Source: the human T2T-CHM13v2.0 reference genome, Homo sapiens. Taken from it: a stretch of 64,000 nt of DNA. Of the stretch, positions 1 to 12,384 are shown in pieces. The stretch lies in the NCBI RefSeq assembly GCF_009914755.1, contig NC_060938.1; one strand, 5' to 3'. The position numbers and the translations under genes were made by a program. Every line of letters starts with the position of its first letter. Position 1 is the stretch's first letter. The notes under the pieces are model-generated. The model was not told the origin of the DNA, ran no database searches, and was given only the letters and a program-made list of their open reading frames with translations.

Positions 1-599
1 CTCGAGCCTTGGTTTTCAGCTCCATCAGCTCCTTTAAGCACTTCTCTGTATTGGTTATTCTAGTTATACATTCTTCTAAATTTTTTTCAAAGTTTTCAAC
101 TTCTTTGCCTTTGGTTTGAATGTCCTCCCGTAGCTCAGAGTAATTTGATCGTCTGAAGCCTTCTTCTCTCAGCTCGTCAAAGTCATTCTCCATCCAGCTT
201 TGTTCCGTTGCTGGTGAGGAACTGCGTTCCTTTGGAGGAGGAGAGGCACTCTGCGTTTTAGAGTTTCCAGTTTTTCTGTTCTGTTTTTTCCCCATCTTTG
301 TGGTTTTATCTACTTTTGGTCTTTGATGATGGTGATGTACAGATGGGTTTTTGGTGTGGATGTACTTTCTGTTTGTTAGTTTTCCTTCTAACAGACAGGA
401 CCCTCAGCTGCAGGTCTGTTGGAATACCCTGCAGTGTGAGGTGTCAGTGTGCCCCTGCTGGGGGGTGCCTCCCAGTTAGGCTGCTCAGGGGTCAGGGGTC
501 AGGGACCCACTTGAGGAGGCAGTCTGCCCGTTCTCAGATCTCCAGCTGCGTGCTGAGAGAACCACTGCTCTCTTCAAAGCTGTCAGACAGGGACATTTA

Positions 600-1200
600 A
601 GTCTGCAGAGGTTACTGCTGTCTTTTTGTTTCTCTGTGCCCTGCCCCCAGAGGTGGAGCCTACAGAGGCAGGCAGGCCTCCTTGAGCTGTGATGGGCTCC
701 ACCCAGTTCGAGCTTCCCGGCTGCTTTGTTTACCTACGGGAGCCTGGGCAATGGCGGGCGCCCCTCCCCCAGCCTCGCTGCCGCCTTGCAGTTTGATCTC
801 AGACCGCTGTGCTAGCAATCAGCGAGACTCCGTGGGCGTAGGACCCTCCGTGCCAGGTGTGGGATATAGTCTCGTGGTGCGCCGTTTTTTAAGCCGGTCT
901 GAAAAGCGCAATATTCGGGTGGGAGTGACCCGATTGTCCAGGTGCGTCCGTCACCCCTTTCTTTGAGTCGGAAAGGGAACTCCCTGACCCCTTGCGCTTC
1001 CCAGGTGAGGCAATGCCTCACCCTGCTTTGGCTCGCGCACGGTGCGCGCACTCACCGGCCTGCGCCCACTGTCTGGCACTCCCTAGTGAGATGAACCCAG
1101 TACCTCAGATGGAAATGCAGAAATCACCCGTCTTCTGCATCGCTCACGCTGGGAGCTGTAGACCGGAGCTGTTCCTATTCGGCCATCTTGGCTCCTCCCC
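600..1200. promoter_or_regulatory. L1 CpG-rich internal promoter (sense on minus, antisense on plus) with YY1 site
   Basis: CpG-rich L1 5'UTR; YY1 motif CAAGATGGCCG (rc of cggccatcttg, 1180-1190). Confidence 0.8.
751..966 (+). CDS. ORF0: LINE-1 antisense ORF0, intact, 71 aa
   Basis: ATG at 751 to TGA at 964-966: MAGAPPPASLPPCSLISDRCASNQRDSVGVGPSVPGVGYSLVVRRFLSRSEKRNIRVGVTRLSRCVRHPFL, matching primate L1 ORF0; donor-like CCAG|GT after 856 and 941. Confidence 0.88.
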   Translation: MAGAPPPASLPPCSLISDRCASNQRDSVGVGPSVPGVGYSLVVRRFLSRSEKRNIRVGVTRLSRCVRHPFL

Positions 1201-1209
1201 CAAAAATAA

Positions 1210-1690
1210 TAGTATTCTAAGTGGATGTCACTGTCTACACTATGACAAGAGTAAAACGCAGAGGAACTAACCCATTTTCAGCCTGCTTGCCTAATAAACT
1301 GATTTTCTTATGTAACACAGATAAATTTGATGCATAGGTCATCAATATCTTATAGAAATTTAATATCATAAAAAAAGATACAAGCTGAAGGGATGGTCAA
1401 TTATAGTCATCCCATTTTTGTCCTGATAGTTGACATCTGCCTATACAGATGATGATAGTTATTAAATATTGCATTGAAATTCATGTCTATGATAAAGCAA
1501 ACTTAGAGATTACTGGGGAATAGAGGAATTCTCTAAGAAGAAATATCAGCAATTCAAAATATTTTCTGTTGAAGCAAAGCTTCAATAAATTTAGAAATAA
1601 CTCACAAGAAGGCTGAATGTCTAAAGAAAGAAATGCATGCCAATTCAGGTTTTCAAGCTAACCATTTTTTAATCTTCTCTGGTGTAGAAT
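1210..1690 (+). mobile_element. Putative ancient Tx1/L1-clade LINE RT relic, domains 4 to thumb
   Basis: Manual translation across frameshifts and stops: RVKRRGTNPFSACL (1248-1289), LKG...TSAYTDD (AYTDD 1439-1453), VYDKANLEIT, KYF, TRRLNV*RKKCMPIQVFKLTIF*SSL (1604-1681), in RT motif order. Confidence 0.45.
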
Positions 1691-1699
1691 TTAATTTTA

Positions 1700-2950
1700 T
1701 CTTCTAATTTAGTCATACAAACTTTTACTTCTACTTTGAATGCATCTATAACATATGGTATATATCTATTATCTTCTATGTCATTTAGTTATTAAAGTAA
1801 CTTTCCATAGCTCATAAAAGTAATGTTTTTCACAACAGAAATTTAGAAGACTGACAAGACATATTTATAAGATACCATTGTACCTCTACCACACAGATTG
1901 TCATCCAGATAAGCAAAAAGTAAAATAATGTTATCTGTGAGCACAATAACTCAATATATAGGAATTCAAATGTTTTTTTATTTGGTCATCAAGGAAGCTT
2001 CATTTGTCTTCTCTTTTTTGGCCTGTTAGATTACTCCATTGCATTTTAGTGCTATCTTCTGTTACATGTGTTTCACAATTAATTCAAAACCTCCTTGTCA
2101 AATTATTTATTCTGTAACTCAACTAATGAAAAATATCTTAAATAAATTAATTGCATACTTAAAGTACACATCTAGACATATGGATCTGCTTTCCTGCCAT
2201 CCTGAATCATGAAGATAAGCAGTTTTCAGCTAAGGCTGTTAGTGTCTTACCTCCATTAGTGGAGCTTTGGAGAATGGATCAATGGGAGGATGTGGCCTGT
2301 AGTTTTCAGATCTATTTGGCCAGGATCAGTAAAATTACACTTTATTTACAATATTCTTATTTTCTCTTGTTGATTATATGACAGCATACTAAATCAGAGA
2401 AATCATAGTGTTGTTGCTTAGTTACAATGGATTTTCATTTTCAGTAATTCTTCAGCAAGTAAAAAGATTTTAACTCTTTTTTTTGTTTTTTTTTGTCATT
2501 AAAACAAAGGGACTATGATGTCTCGTCTTAAAATCAACTCCAATTTTTTTATTCACTTTTGTTTTCGCTTTTTTCTCTAGCTAACTGCCTTTCCTCATTC
2601 TAAAGTTAGCTCTGCTAAATTTGAATATCTTCCGCCAAAATACTTTCTGGCAATCTACCAATGTTTTCACCATTGATATGTGTCAGCTTTCAGGATTTTT
2701 CAGTCTGTTGATTTGTTTCTCTTTGAATTCATCCTTCTTCATTCTGAATAGCTTCTGTATTACACGTTTCTGCTTGATTTTTACTGTGGATGAAGCAACG
2801 CTTCCTACTTAGCAAAAATAAATTAAAGAATTCTTTCACTTCCAGAAGCCAGAGAGATCAAAGTGCAGTCTGAAGAGTCTGATCATCACTTAAACTTGGG
2901 GGCAAACAAACGAAGCAGAAAGAAGCTTGCCGGTTCCATTAAATTTTATT
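1700..2950 (-). mobile_element. Putative ancient Tx1/L1-clade LINE ORF2 relic, linker and RT domains 0-3
   Basis: Minus-strand motifs with small indels: NGVI..PKK (about 2040-2010), IELLC-TDNIIL-FCLSG* (about 1955-1900, resembling PISLLCTDYKILAxxLAxR), later KVLYD; A-rich sense strand. Right boundary approximate. Confidence 0.45.
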
Positions 2951-3525
2951 CTTGCACACTCAGTGAACCTGGAAGATGATTTTACATTTTAACTAACTAG
3001 GCTTTTTATTATTTGCAAAAGCTCCAATTTAAAGTCTTGACTGAAGATTCTTTAATTCATGCACAAACCACAAAATGTATTTTTTTTTTTTTTGCAGCAA
3101 CAGTGAGAGCTCAGAAATTCCCAGACTGTTTTGATGATAAGGTCCAAGAACTTGCCATGTGATCCATCACTACTAGACTCCCACAACTGCATTAGATTTG
3201 TTCAGGATTTTCATATAATTTTCATAACTGGCTAAGGTAGGTCATACTAACATAAAGTCCTAGCATGTATAATATTGAATTTGTTCTTTACCAATATCTT
3301 ATGGGATCTAAACCTGCTACTATATCCTTCTTTATATTATTACAGTGTTGAAGAACACATTTCCATTAGACATTATGTTTCTCATGTTTGAAGAACATTT
3401 TCTCTTGTTCAATATTTAGAAGTAGCATGACATGGTAGAAAAGCCTCTAGACTGATTATTAAGAGGCCTGGTTTTTCATCCTGTTATGTCTTGACTCATT
3501 TTTTATGATACTTTTATATTATTTA

Positions 3526-3976
3526 AGTTGCTTTTGTTATAAGGAACAGAAGCTCACCCTAGCTAATGTAGGAAAAAAATAATTTCTTGGAGGATATAAG
3601 AAGATACAAGGATAGCTTATTTAAAAAGAAACAAGAAAAACTTTAAAAAATAAAACTCAGGGCAGCTTTTGGAATCCTGGTACCAACAACAAAGAACTCA
3701 TCAGGTACTGCTGATGGGATAAAACAGGTCCAAACCCTCTCAGTCTTCTTTTTCTTTCTTGTTTACTCCTTGCTCTGTCACAAATTTCAGATAAAACATA
3801 TCTTATTGATCTAAATTGAAGAACATGAAGGGAAGCAAATCCTCTTGATTGATTTCCTAACTGGACTGGACTTAATGGGAGAAGACCACTTCCCTCAAAA
3901 CAAAATTCAAGTGTGTTAATGGGAAAAGAAAAAAAAAGATATTGGCAAAATAACAAAATGCAAAAGGATGTGGCAA
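3526..3976. mobile_element. Degenerate MLT1-type MaLR LTR
   Basis: Start resembles MLT1J/K-type termini (gttataaggaacagaagctcaccctagctaatgtagg); highly diverged. Confidence 0.35.
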
Positions 3977-4555
3977 AAATAACAAGTTGTTCACTCAACC
4001 TTTATGCTTCCAAAGACGTCACCCCATATTGCTATGGTTTGTTTGATAGGAAATATTAGAAAAGAACCATAATAATTCAACTTGATAATTATATGTGTTT
4101 AAATGGGAGCCACTTTCTAGCAGTTCTTTCACTGCTTTGGACCATTTCCTTATTCTCCTATAGTAGGCTATAGATGTAGCTTTCAAACTGACAACATGGC
4201 ATCTAGTTTTATTCATCATCCTCCTAACTGCTCATCCATAACTTTTAGAGTTATTCTAAAATATAATTTTGTGTCTTGGAAGCTTTCAGTGGCTTCAGCA
4301 TTATCTATAGATAAACGTAATACTGTTCCGTCGACATGTTTGGCAGAATTAGATGCCCATTCTACTTAGCTATTACAGCATTCTGTCTATAACTTCTTTA
4401 CAGTTCTCAAATCACTGAATAATTATTGTAGGACAGAGAAAACGTCTGTTTAAAACAAAAATATTTCAGATAATTGTATATAATTCTGGCTTTCTTGCTG
4501 CTGCTGTTTTCTAAGACAATTCATATCTGCTTTAAAAAAAAATTGTATAGTTCTA

Positions 4556-4922
<367 letters not shown>

Positions 4923-5334
4923 TCATAGAGGAAGAATGAAAATTGACACATATTTAAGGAAAAACAGCAAAATTTTCAAAAACTCTGTAAGTTCTTCCAT
5001 TCTGTTAAAAGGTCCAAACCTGGAGTGAACAGTTATTCATTTAATGGGCCACCTTAATGAATTTGTGTATATACACAACTGACTTGAATTTCATTCCTCT
5101 GTACAATCAAGTGACAAGTGATGTGAATTTTTATTTTCCGGTGACAACATGGAGTAGAGTGGTTTAAGGAGCCTGCAAAGCAGAATGAAAAACAAATTTG
5201 AAAAAGATTTTAAGGAACAGAAAGTCATGCAATGTGGAAAGCCTTTTCGGTTGGGGAATCTTCACAGTAAAACCAGCCAGTGAGGATTTCCCAGGATAGG
5301 AATTGCCAAAAGCTTGTGATAATAGTTGCATCCA

Positions 5335-5668
5335 GGTTGGGTGCAGTGGCTCACACCTGTAATCCCAATATTTTGGGAGGCCAAGGCAGGAGGCTTCCTT
5401 GAGTCCAGGAGTTTGAGACCAGCCTGGGCAACATGGCGAAACCACATCTCTACAAAAAATACAAAAAAAAATAGCCAGGTGTCATGGCACAAGCCTGTAG
5501 TCCCAGCTACTCTGGAGACTGAGGAGGGAGGATCAATTGAGCCCAGGTGATAGAGTCTGCAGTGAGAAACATAAAAGTTAATCTATCATGCTAAAAATGT
5601 CATTGAAATCGTGTCACTGCACCCCAGGCTGAATGATAGAGTGAGACCCTGTATCCAAAAAAATAAAA
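5335..5668 (+). mobile_element. AluJ with a ~40-bp non-Alu insertion in the right arm
   Basis: Alu dimer; TSD agttgcatcca (5324-5334 and 5669-5679); foreign sequence at about 5567-5604. Confidence 0.93.
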
Positions 5669-5720
5669 AGTTGCATCCAGTATTTAATTTTAAGTCATTT
5701 GCTCTTCCATTTTTCCATGT

Positions 5721-8700
5721 ATTTTTTTTTAATTATACTTTAAGTTCTGGGATACATGTGCAGAACGTGCAGGTTTGCTAAATAGGTAAGCATGTGCCAT
5801 AGTGGTTTGCTCCACCCATCAACCCGTCATCTACATTAGGTATTTCTCCTAATGCTATCCCTCCCCTAGCCCCCCACCTCCCAACAGGCCCCAGTGTGTG
5901 ATGTTCCCTTCCTTGTGTCCATGTGTTCTTGTTGTTCAACTCCCACTTATAAGTGAGGCATGCAGTGTTTTGTTTTCTGTTCCTGTGTTAGTTTGCTGAG
6001 AATGATGGTTTCCAGCTTCATCTATGTCCCTGCAAAGGACATGAACTCATTATTTTGTATGACTGCATAGTATTCCATGTTGTATGTGTACCATATTTTC
6101 TTTATCCAGTCTATCATTGATGGGCAGTTGGGTTGGTTCCCAGTCTTTGCTATTGTGAACAGTGCTGCAATAAACATACATGTGCATGTGTCTTTATAGT
6201 AGAATGATTTATAATAATCCTTTGAGTATCTACCCAGTAATGGGATTGCTGGGTCAAATGGTATTTCTGGATCTAGATACTTAAGGAATCGCCACACAGT
6301 CTTCCACAATGGTTAAACTAATTTACACTCCCACCAACAGTGTAATAGCTTTCCTATTTCTTCATATCCTCTCCAGCATCTGTTGTTTCCTGAGTTTTTA
6401 ATAATCACCATGCTAACTGGCATGAGATGGTATCTCGCTGTGGTTTTGATTTGCATTTCTCCAATGACCAGTGATGATGAGTTTTTTTTCATATGTTTGT
6501 TGGCTGCATAAATGACTTCTTTTGAGAAGGGCCTGTTCATATCCTTTGCAGGCTTTTTGATGGGCTTGATTGTTTTTTCCTTGTAAATTTCTTTAAGTTA
6601 TTTGTAAATTCTGGATATTAGCCCTTTGTCAGATGGATAGATTGCAAAAATTTTCCCCCATTCTGTAGGTTGCCTGTTCACTCTGATGATAGTTTCTTTT
6701 GCTGTGCAGAAGCTCTTTAGTTTAATTAGAGCCCATTTGTCAATTTTGGCTTTTGTTGCCATTGCTTTTGGTGATTTAGTCATGAACTCTTTGTCCATGC
6801 CTATGTCCTGAATGGTATTGCCTAGGTTTTCTTCTAGGGGAGGTTTTATGGTTGTAAGTCTTATGTTTAAGTCTTTAATCCATCTTGAGTTAATTATTGT
6901 GTAAGGTATAAGGATGTTGTCCAGTTTCAGTTTTCTGCATGTGGCTAGCTAGTTTTCCCAACACCATTTATTAAATAGGGAATCTTTTCCCTATTGCTTG
7001 TTTGTGTCAGGTTTGTCAAAGATCAGATTGTTGTAGATGGGTGGCATTATTTCTGAGGCTTCTGTTCTGTTCCATTAGTCTATATATCTGTTTTGGTACC
7101 GGTACCATGCTGTTTTAGTTACTGTAGACTTGTGGTATAGTTTGAAGTTGGGTAACATGATGCCTCCAGCTTTGTTATTTTTGCTTAGGATTGTCTTGGC
7201 TATATGGGCTCTTTTTTGGTTCCATATGAAAGTTAAAGTAGTTTTTTCTAATTCTGTGAAAACAGTCAATGGTAGCTTGATGGGGTAGCATTGAATCTAT
7301 AAATTACTTTGGCCAGTATGGCCAGTTTCGTGATATTGATTCTTCCTATCCATGAGCATGGAATGTTTTTCCATTTGTTTGTGTTCTCTCTTGTATTCTT
7401 GAGCAGTGGTTTACAGTTCTTCTTGAAGAGGCCTTTCAAGTTGTATTCTTAGGTATTTTATTCTCTTTGTAGCAATTGTGAATGAGAGTTCACTCATGAC
7501 TTGGCTCTCTGTTTGTCTATTATTGTTGTATAGGAATGCTTGTGATTTTTGCACATTGATTTTGTATCTTGAGACTTTGCTGAAGTTTTTTATCCGCTTA
7601 AGGAGATTTTGGGCTGAGATGATGAGGTTTTCTAAATACACAATCATGGCATCTGCAAACAGAGACAATTTGACTTCTCTTCCTATCTGAATATCCTTTA
7701 TTGCTTTCTCTTGCCTGTTTGCCCTGGCCAGAACTTCCAATACTGTGTTGAACAGGAGTGGTGAGAGAGGACATCCTTGTCTTGTACTGGTTTTCAAAGG
7801 GAATCCTTCCAGTTTTTCGCCATTCAGTATGATATTGGCTGTGGGTTTGTCATAAATAGCTCTTATTATTTTAAGATACATTCCATCAATACGGAGTTTA
7901 TTGAGAGTTTTTGGCATGAAGGTGTGTTGAATTTCATCGAAGACCTTTTCTGCATCTATTGAGATAACCATGTGGTTTTTGTCATTGGTTCTGTTTATGT
8001 GATGGATTACGTTTATTGATTTGCATATGTTGAACCAGCCTTGTATCCCAGGGATGAAGCTGACTTGATCCCAATGGATAAGCTTTTTGATGTGCTGCTG
8101 GATTCTGTTTGCCAGTATTTTATTGAGGGTCTTCACATTGATGTTCATCAGGGATATTAGCCTGAAATTTTCTTTTTTTGTTGTGTCTCTGCCAGGTTTT
8201 GGTATCAGGATGATGCTGGCCTCATAAAATGAGTTAGGGAGGAGTCCCTCTTTTTCTATTGTTTGGAATAGTTTCAGAAGGAATGGTATCAACTCCTCTT
8301 TGTACCTCCGGTAGAATTTGGCTGTGAATCTGTCTGGTCCTGGGCTTTTTTGTATTGGTAGGCTATTAATTACTGCCTCAATTTCAGAACTTGTTATTGA
8401 TCTGTTCAGGGATTCGACTTCTTGGTTTAGTCTTGGGAGGATGTATGTGTCCAGGAATTTATCTGTTTCTTCTAGATTTTTAAATTTGTGTAGAGTTGTT
8501 TGTAGTATTCCCTGATGGTAGTTTTTATTTTTGTGGGATCAGTGGTGATATCCCCTCCATCATTTTTTATTGTGTGTATTTGATTCTTCTCTGTTTTCTT
8601 TCTTATTAGTCTGGCAAGTGGTCAATCTATTTTGTTGATTTTTTTTTCAAAAAACCAGCTCCTGGATTCATTGATGTTTTGAAGGGTTTTTTGTGTCTCT

Positions 8701-11700
8701 AGCTGCTTCAGTTCTGCCCTGATCTTGGTTATTTCTTGTCTTCTGCTAGCTTTTGAATTTGTTTGCTCTTGCGGCTCTAGTTCTTTTAATTGTGATGTTA
8801 GGGTGTCGATTTTAGATCTTTCCTGCTTTCTCCTGTAGGCATTTAGTGCTATAAATTTCCCTCTAAACATTGCTTTAGCTGTGTCCCAGAGATTCTGGTA
8901 TGTTGTGTCTTTGTTCTCATTGGTTTCAAAGAACTTAGTTCTTTCTGCCTTAATTTCGTTATTTACCCAGCAGTCATTCAGGAGCAAGTTGTTCAGTTTC
9001 CATGTAGTTGTGTAGTTTTGAGTGAGTTTCTTAATCCTGAGTTCTAATTTGATTGCACTGTGGTCTGAGAGACTGTTATGATTTCCATTCTTTTGCATTG
9101 GCTGAGGAGTGTTTTACTTCCAATCATGCGGTCAATTTTAGAATAAGTCCGATGTGGTGCTGAGAAGAATGTATATTCTGTAGATTTGGGATGGAGAGTT
9201 CTGTAGATATCTATTAGGTCTGCTTGGTCCAGAGCTGAGTTGAAGTCCTGAATATCTTTGTTAATTTTTTGTCTTGTTGATCTGTCTAATATTGACAGTG
9301 GGGTGTTACAGTCTCCCACTATTATTGTGTGGGAGTCTAAGTCTCTTTGTAGGTCTCTAAGAGATTGCTTTATGAATCTGGGTGTTCCTGTATTCGGTGC
9401 ATATATATTTGAGATAGTTAGCTCTTCTTGTTGCATTGATCCCTTTACCATTGTGTAATGCCCTTCTTCGTCTTTTTTGATCTTTGTTGGTTTAAAGTCT
9501 GTTTTATCAGAGACTAAGATTGCAATCCCTGCTTTTTTTTTTTTTCTTTCTATTTGCTTGCTAGATCTTCTTCCATCCCTTTATTTTGTGCCTCTATGTA
9601 TCTTTGCACATGAGATGGGTCTCCTGAATACAACACACCGATGGGTCTTGACTATCCAATTTGCCAGTCTGTGTCTTTTAACTGGGGCATTTAGCCCATT
9701 TACATTTCAGGTTAATATTGTTATGTGTGAATTTGATCCCATCATTATGATGCTAGCTGGTTATTTTGCCCACTATTTGATGTGGTTTCATCATAGCGTT
9801 GATGGTCTTTACAATTTGATATGTTTTTGCAGTGGCTGTTACTGGTTTTTCCTTTCCATATTCAGTGCTTCCCTCAGGAGCTCTTGTAAGGCAGGCCTGG
9901 TGGTGACAAAATCTCTCAGCATTTGCTTCTCTGTAAAGGATTTTATTTCTCCTTCACTTATGAAGCTTAGTTTGGGTGGATATTAAATTCTGGGTTGAAA
10001 ATTCTCTTCTTTAAGAATGCTGAATATTGGCCCTCACTCTCATTTAGCTTGTAGAGTTTCTGCAGAGAGATCCACTGTTAGTCTGATGGTCTTCCCTTTG
10101 TGGGTAACCTGACCTTTCTCTCTGGCTGCCCTTAACATTTTTTCCTTCATTTCAACCTTGGTGTATCTGATGATTATATGTGTTTGGGTTGCTCTTCTCA
10201 AGGAGTATCTTGGTGGTGTTCTTGGTATTTCCTGATTTTGGATGTTGGCCTGCCTTGCTGGGTTGGGGAAGTTCTCCTGGATAATATCCTGCAGAGTGTT
10301 TTCCAACTTGGTTCCATTCTCCCGATCACTTTCAGATACACCAATCAAGCATAGGTTTGGTTTTTTTCACATAGTCCCATATTTCTTGGCTGCTTTGTTT
10401 GTCCCTTTTTATTCTTTTTTCTCTAATCTTTTCTTCATGCTTTATTTCATTAAATTGTTCTTCAATCTCCGATATCCATTTTTCCATTTGATCGATTTGG
10501 CTGTTGATACTTGTTTATGCTTCACAAAGTTCTCGTGCTGTTTTTCAGCTCTATCAGGTCACCTATGTTCTTCTAGAAACAGATTATTCTAGTTAGCAAT
10601 TCCTCTAACTTTTATCAAGGTTCTTAGCTTCCCTGCATTGGGTTAGAACATGCTCCTTTAGCTCGGAGGAGTTTGTGGTTACCCACCTTCTGAAGCCTAC
10701 TTCTGTGAATTTGTCAAACTCATTCTCTGTCCAGTTTTGTTCCCTTGTGGTGAGGAATTGTGATCCTTTGGAGAGGAGGCGTTCTGGTTTTTGGAATTTT
10801 CAGCCTTTTTCTGCTGGCTTTTCGTCATCTTTGTGGATTTATCTACCTTTGGTCTTTGATGTTGGTGACCTTCGGATGGGGTTTCTGGGTGGACGTTCTT
10901 TTTTGTTGATGTTGCTATTCCTTTCCGTTTGTTAGTTTTCCTTCTAACAGTCACGCCCCTCTGCTGCAGGTCTGCTAGAGTTTGCTGAAGGTCCACTCCA
11001 GACCCTGTTTGCCTGGGTATCACCATCAGAGGCTGCAGCACAGCAAAGATTGCTGCCTGTTCCTTCCTCTGGAAGCTTCATCCCAGAGGGGCACCTGCCA
11101 AATGCCAGCCGAAGCTCTCCTATATGAGGTGTCTGTCGACCCCTGCTGGGAGGCGTCTCCCATGCAGGAGGCATGGGGGTCAGGGACCAACTTGAGGAGG
11201 CAGTCTGTCCCTTAGCAGAGCTCGAGCGCTGTGCTGGGAGATTTGCTGCTCTCTTCAGAGTCAGCAGGCTGGAACATTTAAGTCTGCTGAAACTGTGTCC
11301 ACAGCCACCCCTTCCCCCAGTTGATCTGTCCCAGGTAGATGGGAGTTTTATATATAAGTCCCTGACTGAGGCTGCTGCCTTTCTTTCAGAGATTCCCTGA
11401 CCAGTGAGGAGGAATCTAGAGAGGCCGTCTGGCTTTGCTGAACTGCGGTGGCCTCTGCCCAGTTTGAAATTCCTGGCGGCTTTGTTTACAGTATGAGGGG
11501 AAAACTGTCTACTCAAGCCTCAGTAATGGTGGATGCTCCTCCCTGCACGAAGCTCGAGCACCCCAGGTTGACTTCAGACTGCTGTGCTGGCAATGAGAAT
11601 TTCAAGGCAGTGGATCTTAGCTTGCTGGGCTACATGTGGGTAGGATCCGCTGAACTAGACCACTGGGCTACCTGGCTTCAGCCCCCTTTCCAGGGAAGTG

Positions 11701-12152
11701 AATGGTTTTGTCTCACTGGCATTCCAGGAGCCACTGGGGTATGAAAAGACTCCTGCAGCTAGCTCAGTGTCTGCCCAATGACCACCCAGTTCTGTGCTTG
11801 AAACCCACGGCCCTGGTGGTGTAGGCACCCAAGGGAATTTCCTGGTTTGTGGCTTGTGAAGACTGTGGGAAAAGCATAGTATGTGGGCCAAAGTGCACCA
11901 TTCCTCATGGCACAGTCCCTCATGGCTTCCTTTGGCTAGGGGAGGGAGTTCCCTGACTCCTTGCGCTTCCCTGGTGAGATGACTCCCACCCTGCTTCTCC
12001 TAGCCCTTTGTGGGCTGTACCCACTGTCTAACCAGTCCCAGTGAGATGAGCTGGGTACCTCAGTTGGAAATACAGAAATCATCCACCTTCTGCTTTGATC
12101 TTGCTGGGAGCTGCAGACTGGAGCTGTTCCTATTCAGCTATCTTGCCTGTGA
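5721..12152 (-). mobile_element. Full-length decayed LINE-1, L1PA7/L1PA8-like
   Basis: 3' end ttatactttaagttctgggatacatgtgcagaac; fragmented ORF2 (EN 9044-9451, RT 7411-8292 with FADA in place of FADD); ORF1 pieces (10040-10348; start MTKSQQKKAENSKNQNASSP near 10827); ~1.3-kb 5'UTR; candidate TSD tttccatg (5712-5719 and 12155-12162). Confidence 0.95.
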
Positions 12153-12384
12153 CCTTTCCATGCCTTTATATTGGACATTGCGTCTATCATTTCAATATCC
12201 CTTCCCCTCTTCCCTGATTATGTGGCAACCATTTGGTTTAGATGAGATGAACCTTTTTTTCTCCTCCAACAGTCATAGCAAATTAGTCTAAATGATCAGG
12301 TAATCTCATAATACTCTACATAGCAATTAGTTTGAAAGTAGTCTAGGCTGAATCCATTCAACACTTTTCCTAACATGTTCTGAG

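Larger units (their letters stand above)
1..1201 (-). mobile_element. 5' part (5'UTR plus ORF1 N-terminus) of a young LINE-1, L1PA2/L1HS-like; the rest lies left of the window
   Basis: Reverse complement begins GGGGAGGAGCCAAGATGGCCGAATAGGAACAGC; ORF1 ATG at 295 (MGKKQNRKTGNSKTQSA); ~905-nt 5'UTR (short type); nearly identical to 44046-45246. Confidence 0.97.

Noticed and set aside
298-600. 100-aa + ORF, nearly identical to 44343-44645
   Set aside because: Antisense reading of the L1 5'UTR with a non-ATG start; repeated only because the L1s are homologous.
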